A stretch of 64,000 nt of DNA from Desulfobacterales bacterium (GCA_040771865.1 JAXGZF010000011.1:1-64000), one strand, 5' to 3'; counted from the first letter of the stretch, positions 19,795-29,491 are shown. Notes: a model not told the origin generated them from the letters alone. Translations and numbers: made by a program.

Positions 19795-20000
19795 CGTTCA
19801 AGACGGAAACAGTCTGTAAAGATCGGCAATCAATTTTCAGTCTTCAGGTTAAAAATAGGAATAAATGAAAGACGGGAAATTGGACCCTGCATTCTTAAAA
19901 ACGGTTTTTCGGCATTCGAAAGGTCGATTTAAGCCTGATTTCGCGGGTTATTTTGAAATGAATTATCCTGATTTCAGAAAGTTACCTTGGCCCGACCCTC
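19795..20000 (+). mobile_element. Decayed 3' remnant and end of a REP-associated tyrosine transposase element
   Basis: Ends in GTTACCTTGGCCCGACCCTC, 18/20 identical to 23982-24001. CGATTTAAG..TATTTT..ATCCTGA blocks are shared with the 3' end of the transposase at 22912-22990 (minus strand). Confidence 0.55.
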
Positions 20001-20003
20001 TGA

Positions 20004-20666
20004 GAAGAGCTTTCCTCGCCGCTGGTACCTTTCATGGGGCAACACGACCCGCTGGACGGCCTGATCACCTACAGACAGATTCGATCCACGGCATTCGAAC
20101 TTTTCGGACCCACGGCATCCGTCCTTGATTCCGAAATCGCGGACATGGAAGCCTTCTGCAAGGGACAGAACTGGGTGACCGGGGATCCTCTGGGAATCGG
20201 CGGCCTTCTGGGGGATGCATACCAACTCATGCAACTGAACCTGAGGGGCGGTTTTGCGCACGCCAACCTCTTTCTCGCCCTGCTGGAATCTTCATTAGCA
20301 GGTTTGGATGCAATCGCGAGAGACCCGTTATGGAAGCTTCCGGACGATTACCGGCTTGCGTTCAGAAAATTGGGAATGGCAATCGGGCTGCATGCGGTGG
20401 AAAGAATGAAGGATCGGATGTCAAAAAATCCCGACCTGTTTCCCCGAAATCACAAGGCCCCTGTGTTGATCGATCATCTCGAGCGCCATGTTCCCTTAAG
20501 TGAAACTATCGAAAGATTCTGGCTCGAACCGCGCCGCAGAAAATCCCGCACATGGACCGAGCATCGGGATATAAACAGCGTCATGCTGGCAACCAGCTTG
20601 GCCCCTGGCGGATATCTGGAATTGTCGATCGCTGACAACAGGCTGAACGCCGGAACAAACCCATAA
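20004..20666 (+). pseudogene. Probably 5'-truncated conserved hypothetical protein
   Basis: The frame extends upstream of the ATG at 20034 (LSSPLVPF-MGQHDPLDG) to a TGA at 20001, directly after the GGCCCGACCC end. No RBS. The motifs look like the C-terminal half of a longer family, recalled from memory and not searched. Confidence 0.55.
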
Positions 20667-21036
20667 GCGGCGGTCTTGGCGCTGCGGGTCGGGCACTTGC
20701 CGCTCCGGCCAGGACACACCCCATGCCATTGTCTCTTTTTGAGAGACAATTCAATTGGTTTTTATCTCATTTTTAGAGATGGCGATTCCTTTGGGTGCGC
20801 GGGAACTGAAATGCTTGGCGAAGCGTATTTCTTTGTTTTGAACAGGATATGAACGGGGAGATATGATTAAGCTGAAAAAGCAAGATCCGAACAATTTGCG
20901 GTCCACGGGAAGCGCCATCCCCGGCCCCGAAAAGAGGCCGAAGATGGCGCACGGTTGTCTTATAGGGAATACTTGTTTTACCGAAACATCAACCCAGGGG
21001 GCGGAATGACCGAAGACTAGAATCTATCGCAAAAAA

Positions 21037-22242
21037 CTACTTTGTCGCCTTTCCGATTCGTACTGGCGACCAATGGCCAACAGCGCACCCGCCTTCATCC
21101 AGCCCAACACGGATATTGTAATCGCCATTGGTCAACTTGCTGATGTTCCAGTTCAAGATATACTGATCCGCCACAGGATCATAGCGCATGAGGCTGCCGG
21201 TATCGGCAATATCAGGCTGGATCGCTACCGCCTGAGACTCCACTGCACCGGCCACGGTATTCGCAAAGTAGACCCGGGCCTCCGCATTGGCTACCGGTGA
21301 TCCATAATAGTCTGCTATCTTGATCTTCACCGGAATAACCTTGCCCTGGAACAGACCAATCCCCAGACCCGAGGTGGCTGTATCCTGAACCAATACCGGC
21401 GGCAGAAAGCCCAGCCATTTGTAGGTTACACATTGAGTGGCGGAGTCGCTGGATGACGCATAACTGCCAGATCCCTCATAATTGGCCGCAATCAAATGAT
21501 CTCCCGGTTTCAGATCGCCGGTGCTATATCCAACACTCGCCACACCGAATCCATCCGTCGTCACCGGACCGAATCGGGTATCATTGACATAGAAATAGAT
21601 ATCCTGGCCTGACAAAGGCGCCCCCGCGGCAGTCTTCAAAGTCGCGGTAAAGATATTGCTAGGCGTACGATACAGGATTCCCGGAGATTCCAGAGTCAGG
21701 GTCAGTTCTGTCTGTTCCGGCTCACCGCTCACAACCGTAAAGTGAACGACAATGCCGTCGCCCGGCGTAAATCCGTTGCCTTTGAATCCGTCGATCGCCT
21801 GAATTTTGAAGTGATAGCTTCCCGGAGTAGAAGGGGCCCAGGCAGTTACAGTGGTCATCAATGATGCAATCTTGTTGCTGGTCTTTTCATACGTATGAAC
21901 AACGGTGTCTGTCAAGTCAGTGGCGGGGGAGCCGAATTTGACCACCGGTTTTTCAGGGCCGCCGGTATTCTGAACGCCGAATGTCACTGTTACGGGAAGT
22001 GCCGAGGTCGGCCCGCCGACGGATTCGATCAGTTCAAACGTGAGATTGAAAGTGATGGTTTGACCCGGTGTAATCGGATCTATCAGTTTAAAATGGCCGG
22101 AATGGCCGGAAAAAATGGCCTGCGGCTGAATGTCGGTCGCAACGTAATCAATGCTGTGCGCAAAAGCCGAGGGAGCCAGAAAAATCCAAAATAGAAAGGC
22201 TGTAAGCGCCGCCAAAAATAAATTTCTACTTTTACGAATCAT
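21037..22242 (-). CDS. Secreted Ig-like protein with C-terminal PxKF-type domain
   Basis: Signal peptide ending AFA. Thr/Gly-rich beta-sandwich segments, an Ig-like repeat (..ANYEGSGSYASSS) and C-terminal YKWLGFLPPV..IPVKIK..YILNW. GGGAGGA RBS before the ATG at 22242. Confidence 0.75.
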   Translation of the reverse strand: MIRKSRNLFLAALTAFLFWIFLAPSAFAHSIDYVATDIQPQAIFSGHSGHFKLIDPITPGQTITFNLTFELIESVGGPTSALPVTVTFGVQNTGGPEKPVVKFGSPATDLTDTVVHTYEKTSNKIASLMTTVTAWAPSTPGSYHFKIQAIDGFKGNGFTPGDGIVVHFTVVSGEPEQTELTLTLESPGILYRTPSNIFTATLKTAAGAPLSGQDIYFYVNDTRFGPVTTDGFGVASVGYSTGDLKPGDHLIAANYEGSGSYASSSDSATQCVTYKWLGFLPPVLVQDTATSGLGIGLFQGKVIPVKIKIADYYGSPVANAEARVYFANTVAGAVESQAVAIQPDIADTGSLMRYDPVADQYILNWNISKLTNGDYNIRVGLDEGGCAVGHWSPVRIGKATK

Positions 22243-22421
22243 AATATTATCCTCCCTGCATTGATGTTGTCTTGAATTGTTCTGTCCCCATACGCTGCTG
22301 TTTTGTGAACGGTCGTTTAATCTGATTCCCCCATCCCTCCTTGCCTTCATGGTTAAATAAACGGCTGAATCATGCAGGATAAATACGACTCGCCGGGATC
22401 TCGCTGGTTTCGACCAGCATG

Positions 22422-22856
22422 TCAGCCTGCCTCACCGCATTTGCCGCAGTGTTTACATACCCCTTGAAGATTGACCTGGATCGAATCTACTCGATGCCCG
22501 TCTATATTTCTTTTGGTTGACGCATCTGCTTCCACCGCAGGGAAAGCATCGCAATCTATATCGAAGACTTCTCCGCACAACTTACAGTAAAAGTGATGAT
22601 GAGGAGCTATGCAGGGATCGAACCGCTTTCTGTTCGGGTCCACATCCAGCACCTGTATTTTCCCCCCCTCTGCAAGTTTTGACAATATGTTGTAAACCGT
22701 TGCCAGAGATATTCTGGGATACTCGTTCAATAATTCATGGTGAATGTTTTCCGCCGAAGGGTGTTTCACGTTCCCTTCCAACAACTTCAAGACGGCTTGA
22801 CGCTGCGGGGTCACTCTTAACCCTGCCTGCCTGAGTGTTAACAGCAACTTTTTCAT
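22422..22856 (-). CDS. Fur-family transcriptional regulator (PerR-like, two CxxC)
   Basis: LRVTPQRQAVL, HPSAE, SLATVYN, HHHFYCKLC, CKHC. Confidence 0.9.
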   Translation of the reverse strand: MKKLLLTLRQAGLRVTPQRQAVLKLLEGNVKHPSAENIHHELLNEYPRISLATVYNILSKLAEGGKIQVLDVDPNRKRFDPCIAPHHHFYCKLCGEVFDIDCDAFPAVEADASTKRNIDGHRVDSIQVNLQGVCKHCGKCGEAG

Positions 22857-22865
22857 TATAAATAT

Positions 22866-22895
22866 AATTTATTACATGATAATGATTCTTGTCAA
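22866..22895 (-). promoter_or_regulatory. Sigma70 promoter with Fur-box-like sequence in the spacer
   Basis: Minus strand TTGACA-AGAATCATTATCATGTAA-TAAATT. AATCATTATC matches half of the Fur box. Confidence 0.6.
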
Positions 22896-22925
22896 GCAGA
22901 ATTGTTTTTTTGGGGTCGGGCCACG

Positions 22926-23732
22926 CTATCTTATTAATATTTCAGGATTATCTCTCCAAAAATAAGCGTTTTTAGCTCTTAAATCGCTATTTTCAGGGGT
23001 AAAATTACCATTGTAAGGAACCTGCGCCTCACGAAGTTGATGTGCCCCGCTCGATTCAACCACCCGCCGACCCTTGGCGCGAATACTGAGTTTCGCTTTT
23101 ATATCTTCAACAAAACCTTTACTTCCAACAGCGATGTTTTCAGTCCATCTGCTCTCTCGTACATAATTCTTTTCCCTGAGAACTCGTTCAACACTTTCCC
23201 TGTGAAAGCTTCTAAGATCATCAATCGATGAAAAATGAAAAAGCTCCATCAGACGATTGTAATCTATCAATGCATACCTCTCATGAGGCTTATGGATTTC
23301 GTTATACCCGCCGAAATTCCATTCCGATGGATGGTTGACTGCGCCGGCACGAACCATGTTCAAATCAATATATACCATGCATTGAATCAGATGATGGTCG
23401 CTTGATACAGCAGTCGCATGATACCGGTCCTCCCAAAACGCACCCTTCCGATTTTTTCTTTGATTATATTCTTGACCGGTTCGGCCAGCAATTAATTGCA
23501 GCGATTTTGGAATAACCTCCCGCACGCCAACATCCGCTACAAGAAGATGAATATGGTTTGAGGTTACCATCTAGTTTAAAATACTCAGACCATAACGCTT
23601 CCTGGCTTCAAAAAGCCAGTGCAACCATCGACGGCGATCTCTGGCAAATTTAAGTAAAAATTCTTTTTTATGACACCGGTGTGTAATGTGCCATACATGC
23701 CCTGAAAGATAATGCCGCTTTGCTCTTGCCAT
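22926..23732 (-). pseudogene. Y1/HUH transposase (RAYT-like) interrupted by an in-frame TAG
   Basis: MARAKRHY..HITHRCH..GLSILN*MVTSNHIHLL (HUH)..FWEDRY..YIDLNMVRAG. The TAG at 23571-23573 sits where Tyr is expected. Confidence 0.85.
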
Positions 23733-23752
23733 CTGACCTCGTTTTATCTTAA

Positions 23753-23895
23753 CAGGCTGTTGAAAAACTGCGCCCGAAGCCGCCATTCAACGTTGCGCGG
23801 CTCTCCCCAATGCTCACATATGCTTGAATATGCTGCGCTTGTCGCATCGCCACGCGCCTTGCCTGACGGCCTGATTCTTGTTTTTCAGCACCCTG
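23753..23895 (+). mobile_element. 143-bp MITE-like element, copy 1
   Basis: Terminal inverted repeats CAGGCTGTTGAAAAA...TTTTTCAGCACCCTG with TTAA on both sides. Near-identical copy at 63506-63648. Confidence 0.85.
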
Positions 23896-24185
23896 TTAAA
23901 CGTGTGTTTTTGACCCCTAAAATGCCCTTTTAAGCCATTTTTTGGCGTGTTTTTTTAATCTATTGCTCATGATATCAATTCGTTACCGAGGCCCGACCCT
24001 CGAACTGGGCTCGAACTGCGAATGGTTTGCTGAACGAGGGTGTCTTCGGTATATTCTGAAATTGGCGCCACACCGTCACCTCCACAGGAATGCCCAGTTG
24101 AACGGTAATCGGCGTATAGATGTCGATTTTTCGTCCGTCGTATGCAGCAAAACGATCAGGGAATACCTGGCCTTCCGATCCCATA

Positions 24186-24232
24186 CTTCGCTGAATAGCG
24201 GCCTCAGGCGCAGTTTTTCAACAGTCTGTTAA
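24186..24232 (-). repeat. Partial (single-end) copy of the 143-bp MITE
   Basis: Reverse complement TTAACAGACTGTTGAAAAACTGCGCCTGAGGCCGCTATTC matches the left end of the full copies. Confidence 0.75.
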
Positions 24233-24319
24233 AGGAGGGCTGAGGTCAGATCGGCCTGATTCGTTTTTAAAAGCGGAAATTGAACCATGGCGTTCAGCTA
24301 GCCGCAGAGACGACAAGGG

Positions 24320-26098
24320 TCATTCCGAAGGCTTGAATTTTGCCAGGTCCAGAACGGCCCGCACCTGTTTTTCCACCGGCTCAAAGGACCGGGCGTCCAT
24401 TTTCTGATCACACATGCGTTCGAGGGCCTCGAAGGCCGAGCGCAGGATACGATCGCCTCCGGCGCCTATCCGCACCCGGACCTGAAACAGGAAAAAGCTC
24501 AGCAGCAGGACGATGCCGAAGGTCAGAAACGCGTGCAGAAAAAAAGCGGATGACAGATAGTTGGCTGAAAAATACTCCCGAACCGTAATCCATCCGGCGT
24601 GGCAGAGAATCGCGAGAACCGGAAGGTTGAACAGAATCTGGGAGAATACGCCGCTCAATCTCACGGAAGCGTTTTCCACCGCATCTTCCAGGGCCTCCTT
24701 CCAGAGCTGGTCCATTTCCTCCCCAAAGGCATTTTCCTCGGGCAGCACCCTGCCGGTTTCCGTGATTCGCGGGTCGAATCGCGCCGCGGTCAGGGCGTCA
24801 GCGATATCCGGCCATCTCTGGTTGACCGCCGTGCGATAGGCCCGGAACGCCAGATCGATTCTCCGGCTGTTTTGCATGCCTTCCAGGGCCCGGCTCGCAT
24901 CCTTGTAATGTACGAAAGAGGAAATCGCGCCCCATGCCTGGCGCAGGGGGTTTCCGAACCGAAGCATCGAGGCGATTCCCGTTCCGAAGAGCAGAATCCG
25001 GCTCCACACGGCGATCGTCCACCCCACGGGGCCCAGCCAGCGCTGGGAAAGCCGCTGGTAAAGCATCAGGTTGACGGCCGGGTGCCGGCCCCGGTCCCGC
25101 TGAATCTCCTTCAAGGCCGCTCGAAGGGCCTCTTCCCGGACCCTTTGAACTTCCCCCCCGACCTTCTTCAGCACAGGAACGTCCTTTTCAACCTGAACGC
25201 GCACGGCCTCAAAGGTCACGTCTCTGAGGCTGCGGGCGTTTTCAATCCGCCGGTCGACCACGAAACCGCCCTGGTTGAACGTTCCGAATATCATTTTGTG
25301 AAGCTGTTCGAATTCATCAAAATCGTGCCGGGGCCTCGCGTCCGGCTCCCAGGACGGGTCCTTGAGGCGGCTTCGGGCGCTGGTGCAGAGAATCCGGCTC
25401 ACCGGTTTTTCCCAGGCATTGTAAATGTAGTCTGAAAATTCGGGTAGAATACGTTCCCTGAGCTCGGTTTCGTCCAGACGGTCGCACTTGTTGATCACAA
25501 CGATCAGGGACTCGCCGCTGAACTGTTGAACAAAGGGCTGAAAAAAATCCACCGTATCCCTTCTTCGGGGATTCTCCGCGTTGAACACGCAGATCAGAAT
25601 ATCGGAAAACGCGATGGCTTTCGAGACCAGGGCGACGTGATCTTTTTCATGAATGCTGTCGATGTCCGGCGTGTCCACCAGAATGACCCCGGACAGGGCC
25701 GCGGCGGCCGGGCTGGTGCGAATGCGGACAGAACCGGCCTCCGGAAAACTCGAAATGAAATCCGCGTCCGAACGGTCCTTGCAGAATACGATCAGCGATT
25801 CGGTGGTGGGGCGATGAATTCCGGTTTCGGACAAATCGTCCACTCCGGCCAGGGCGTTGAGCAGGGTGGATTTGCCCGATCCGCAGGCGCCGATGATGGA
25901 TACGGTCAGCTTGCGATCAAAACGCCGGGCCGTCTGATCGATCCGGTCCACGCTTCGAAGGCACTGCGTTTTCAAAACCGCCGAAGGCCGCCAGAGATCG
26001 GCGGATTGGAGGGATTGGCAGAGCGCCTGAAGGTCGTTTCGGAATCCTTCGATGGCGCCGGCCGCCTGTATCTGAATGAGGTTCTGGGAATCAGTCAT
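24320..26098 (-). CDS. Dynamin-like GTPase with C-terminal transmembrane helices
   Basis: G1 GACGSGKS, G2 RPTT, G3 DTPD, G4 NKCD, a long helical region and hydrophobic helices. Track start is 26143; ATG at 26098 overlaps the upstream stop. Confidence 0.8.
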   Translation of the reverse strand: MTDSQNLIQIQAAGAIEGFRNDLQALCQSLQSADLWRPSAVLKTQCLRSVDRIDQTARRFDRKLTVSIIGACGSGKSTLLNALAGVDDLSETGIHRPTTESLIVFCKDRSDADFISSFPEAGSVRIRTSPAAAALSGVILVDTPDIDSIHEKDHVALVSKAIAFSDILICVFNAENPRRRDTVDFFQPFVQQFSGESLIVVINKCDRLDETELRERILPEFSDYIYNAWEKPVSRILCTSARSRLKDPSWEPDARPRHDFDEFEQLHKMIFGTFNQGGFVVDRRIENARSLRDVTFEAVRVQVEKDVPVLKKVGGEVQRVREEALRAALKEIQRDRGRHPAVNLMLYQRLSQRWLGPVGWTIAVWSRILLFGTGIASMLRFGNPLRQAWGAISSFVHYKDASRALEGMQNSRRIDLAFRAYRTAVNQRWPDIADALTAARFDPRITETGRVLPEENAFGEEMDQLWKEALEDAVENASVRLSGVFSQILFNLPVLAILCHAGWITVREYFSANYLSSAFFLHAFLTFGIVLLLSFFLFQVRVRIGAGGDRILRSAFEALERMCDQKMDARSFEPVEKQVRAVLDLAKFKPSE

Positions 26099-28043
26099 AT
26101 TCAAGCACGCCTCTGCACTGTTCGATTCGACGGTCCATGTCAATGATCCGGGTTCCGGCCGTTTCCAGGGTGCGCCGGGCAGCGGTCAGCGCCGGGCCGG
26201 TGATCTGCTGTTCAAAAAGATCGTGAACGACCTTGAGCTTGCTGGAAAGCCAGCTTCGCGCCACGGGCCCGAGAATCTCCTCGAGCTGCCTGGCATCCGC
26301 CTGTTTCAGACCGCTGGTCGCCGGAATGGCGATCAGGGCATACAGATCCTGAAGCCCGAAAAGACCGGCGAGCTTGACCTTGATGCCGGCCGCGCCCACG
26401 GGATCTCCGGTGGAAAGCACGTAGGTGACGGCCGCCGTGGCGGGAAGCACATTGAGCAGGGCCGAAAAGGTCTGCCGGACCCTGGCGCCATAGCTCATTC
26501 TGCTGCGGAAGGAACGGGCCATTTCCAGAAGCTCATGGTCGATCTGATCCGGAATGGCCGCGATCCGGTTTTTTTCGGCGACAATGGCCGACAGCGCCGT
26601 CTGAAATCCCCTTTTACGGATCTGTTCCTGCCCGGAAAAAAGCGCCGGATGCGCGTCCACGGCAATGCTCGACACCCCGTTTCCGCGCTCGGCCTCGGCC
26701 TTGAACATCCCTTCTCCACCGGAAGCGCGCATGGCCTGAATCTGGTTCACGAGCGCGTTCAGAGCCGCATCCCGGTCCGGGCCGGATACGATGATTTCCG
26801 ATCCCACGGTCCACTGGTAGAGCCGGTTGGCGGCGGCAATCAGCTCGTCTTCCAGATTCTGCATAAAATCTGAAGCCGCACCGGGCCTGTCCGCTGAACG
26901 GGATCTGAAAATCCTGCGAAAACCCGACACCATGGCCTTGAACGGCCATTCCACCACATTTCCGGTCTTGCGCATCGCCCGAATGTGGGCCGGTTCGGTA
27001 TCCTGCCACAGCCGGACAAACCGCTTCAAAATCTGATCCATGGGAAAATGCCGAAGCGCGTCGCGCACGCACCGTTCCTGAACCATCAGCAGCGTTTTGG
27101 TGTAAAGGTCCAGATGGTTCAGGGAGATTTTTCCCCGCCCGGATATATCACCGGCCTGTTTCAGAACGTCCTCCAGCATCGAGGAAACCAGTTCCAGCCG
27201 AAGACGGGTTCGATTCAGGCCTCGAAGCGCGGCCTCAAAATCCGGATCATGTTCCCGGACCGGCCTGAGGGTCATGGGACGCAGCCCCTCGGCCACGGCG
27301 TTATCCTCGTCGGTCCGGTAAATTCCCAGAACGTACTGACCGGCCATGGCGCCGTAAATGTTTCGCGCCACGGTCATCGTATGATTCAGGGCGTCGGATC
27401 CCGGCATGGACGAACCGGTCCGGTACACGAGGAAGCTTTTTCGAACGCCCACCTCGGTGAGAATGGATGCGATGAAATCGGTGTTGTCCTTGTTGTTGTA
27501 ATTGGCGTTGGTAAAGATGTAGACGAGAATGTCGGAGACTTCCATGACCCGGCGGGCCGCTTCCCGGTTCGCGTATTCTCCTCTCGCGCCGGTGTCGAAA
27601 TCCGGGGCGTCGAGAATCACCCACCCGTCCGGTGCCTTGCTGCTGAAAGCATACAGGGGGTTTCCTGAAGTTTCAAGCTGAGCGGAATCTTTCAGGGGTT
27701 CGGGCCCGGCGCCGAAGAGATCGAAAAAGCCCTGAAAAAAGACGGCGGACATGAGATCTTGCCGACAGGACATCAATGCCCGCCGGTTGATGCCGGCAAA
27801 CCCGCCGGTCGGCGACAGTTTTTCTCCGATCAGCGCGTTGAAAAGCGTGGACTTTCCCGAAGAACCGCCGCCGCATACGGCGGCGATCATGGGAAAGTCC
27901 GGCGAAAACCGGGACAACAGCCTCGCTTGAATGACGTGAATCCACGCATCCAGGTCCGCCCCCAGGCAAAGGGCCTTGTTAAGCGCGGGCCCGTCGCGCC
28001 GAAGGTCTTCAAGGGCCTGATGAAGGGCGGATTTTTTGTCCAT
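26091..28043 (-). CDS. Dynamin-like GTPase, divergent partner
   Basis: G1 GGGSSGKS, G3 DAPD, no NKxD. Helical body and a hydrophobic C-terminal segment. Confidence 0.75.
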   Translation of the reverse strand: MDKKSALHQALEDLRRDGPALNKALCLGADLDAWIHVIQARLLSRFSPDFPMIAAVCGGGSSGKSTLFNALIGEKLSPTGGFAGINRRALMSCRQDLMSAVFFQGFFDLFGAGPEPLKDSAQLETSGNPLYAFSSKAPDGWVILDAPDFDTGARGEYANREAARRVMEVSDILVYIFTNANYNNKDNTDFIASILTEVGVRKSFLVYRTGSSMPGSDALNHTMTVARNIYGAMAGQYVLGIYRTDEDNAVAEGLRPMTLRPVREHDPDFEAALRGLNRTRLRLELVSSMLEDVLKQAGDISGRGKISLNHLDLYTKTLLMVQERCVRDALRHFPMDQILKRFVRLWQDTEPAHIRAMRKTGNVVEWPFKAMVSGFRRIFRSRSADRPGAASDFMQNLEDELIAAANRLYQWTVGSEIIVSGPDRDAALNALVNQIQAMRASGGEGMFKAEAERGNGVSSIAVDAHPALFSGQEQIRKRGFQTALSAIVAEKNRIAAIPDQIDHELLEMARSFRSRMSYGARVRQTFSALLNVLPATAAVTYVLSTGDPVGAAGIKVKLAGLFGLQDLYALIAIPATSGLKQADARQLEEILGPVARSWLSSKLKVVHDLFEQQITGPALTAARRTLETAGTRIIDMDRRIEQCRGVLEYD

Positions 28044-28167
28044 GGATCTGTTTCCAGAAAGCGGATTCCGATGCGAGCACCAGTTTCACTAAAATAGCCC
28101 TTTATCATCCGGCCCGCAAGGGCTTTTCCTGAAAATCCGTCGTTGATTCAGATCCGGGACGCTTTGC

Positions 28168-28386
28168 TCAGTTTCGCGTCAGGGTGATTCGAAACCCCTC
28201 CGCTCCAGCATCCTCGATGTTGGCGGACCAGTTCTTTCCCTGGGCGGATCGCACGACGTTTTCCTTAGAAGCGTCCGAATCCACCAGCACAACGATCGGC
28301 CCTTCCGGGCTCTTTTTGATTTCATTCAGCGTCATCAGCACCGGCTGAGGACATGAAAGACCCCGCGCATCGATGATGTTCGACAT
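28168..28386 (-). CDS. TusA/SirA-family sulfur (or selenium) carrier
   Basis: IDARGLSCPQP motif, 72 aa, directly downstream of yedE. Confidence 0.88.
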   Translation of the reverse strand: MSNIIDARGLSCPQPVLMTLNEIKKSPEGPIVVLVDSDASKENVVRSAQGKNWSANIEDAGAEGFRITLTRN

Positions 28387-28399
28387 AGCGCCCTCCTCC

Positions 28400-29491
28400 T
28401 TATCTCGTCTGATTTCTCATGGTAAAACCGATAAACACGCACACGACCAGGCCGATCACAAGCGCGGCGACGCCATGGGGACCGATGCCAGCGGGAGAAC
28501 TGGCCAGACCGAAGTTATGCGAAAACGCGGCGCCCGCGATCATGCCCAGAACAAAGACCGCCGCATCCCCGTCCCCCTCGCCGGCCAGAAAAAGCTGCCG
28601 TCCGGGACAGCCACCGGCCAGCGCAAAGGCCAGGCCCGCCAGAACCATTCCGCCGAAATTCCAGACGCCCATGGTATGGGCCACGGGCTGGCCGGCAAAT
28701 CCCGCATGAAACTGGCCGAGCATAAAATTGGTCGCAAATGCGGCGACCAGAAGCCCCAGTACGCCGGAGAAAAGGTGCATCTGCCGGAACAGAATCAGGT
28801 CCCGCAGGGCGCCCATGGTGCAGAACCGGCTTCGCTGGGCCAGAAAGCCGATGAGAAGACCGATTCCAAGCGACACGGCCAGGGGCGCATGCTGGGATCC
28901 GGGACCTTTGACGCTGTAAAATAGAACCCCGCTTTTGGGCTCGCCCTGAATCTGGGGGAAGACCAGCAGAAGAGCCAGAAAACCGAGGCATACCAGGGGC
29001 ATCATCCATCCGGCTGCGGCATGGGTGGCTTGAGATCGGCCCAGGTTGTAACCCTGTTTGAGAAAAAGGGTTCCGACCCACACCCCCACGGCAAGGCCGG
29101 CCAGACCGAAAATCGCGTTGCCGTCCCCACCCGCCAGCCGAAGCAGTGCCCGCCAGGGACAACCCAGAAAAATCAGGGCGCCGATCATGGCAAAGACGCC
29201 CAGAATGAAACGGACGATCGTCGCGGAGCCGCCTCTGGGCTTGAACTCCTTGAACATATAGGCCGCAATCAGCGAGCCCAGCACGAATCCGAGAATCTCG
29301 GGCCGCATGTACTGAACCACAGACGCCTGGTGCAGGCCCAGGGCCCCGGCGATATCCCGCTCGAAGCAGGCGACGCAGACTCCCATGTTCGGCGGATTGC
29401 CGAGTTTCTGAAGCAGGGCCGCTAGAATTCCGATGATTGCCCCGATGCCGATGATTCCCCATTGACTCGCAAAAAAGTTTTTTAACTTCAT
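28400..29491 (-). CDS. yedE: YedE-family sulfur/selenium transport membrane protein
   Basis: GNPPNMGVCVACFERD, FLGCPWR, RSRFCTMG, GGCPGRQ and many TM helices. Track start is 29617. Confidence 0.88.
   Translation of the reverse strand: MKLKNFFASQWGIIGIGAIIGILAALLQKLGNPPNMGVCVACFERDIAGALGLHQASVVQYMRPEILGFVLGSLIAAYMFKEFKPRGGSATIVRFILGVFAMIGALIFLGCPWRALLRLAGGDGNAIFGLAGLAVGVWVGTLFLKQGYNLGRSQATHAAAGWMMPLVCLGFLALLLVFPQIQGEPKSGVLFYSVKGPGSQHAPLAVSLGIGLLIGFLAQRSRFCTMGALRDLILFRQMHLFSGVLGLLVAAFATNFMLGQFHAGFAGQPVAHTMGVWNFGGMVLAGLAFALAGGCPGRQLFLAGEGDGDAAVFVLGMIAGAAFSHNFGLASSPAGIGPHGVAALVIGLVVCVFIGFTMRNQTR

Larger units (their letters stand above)
22912..23999. mobile_element. REP-associated tyrosine transposase element with inverted GGGTCGGGCC...GGCCCGACCC ends
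   Basis: GGGGTCGGGCC at 22912-22922 and GGCCCGACCC at 23990-23999 bracket the transposase gene. Subterminal sequences are weakly similar in inverted orientation. Confidence 0.65.

Noticed and set aside
23571..23573. TAG as pyrrolysine or programmed read-through
   Set aside because: The position corresponds to a Tyr one substitution away, and no pyl genes are visible. A nonsense mutation is simpler.
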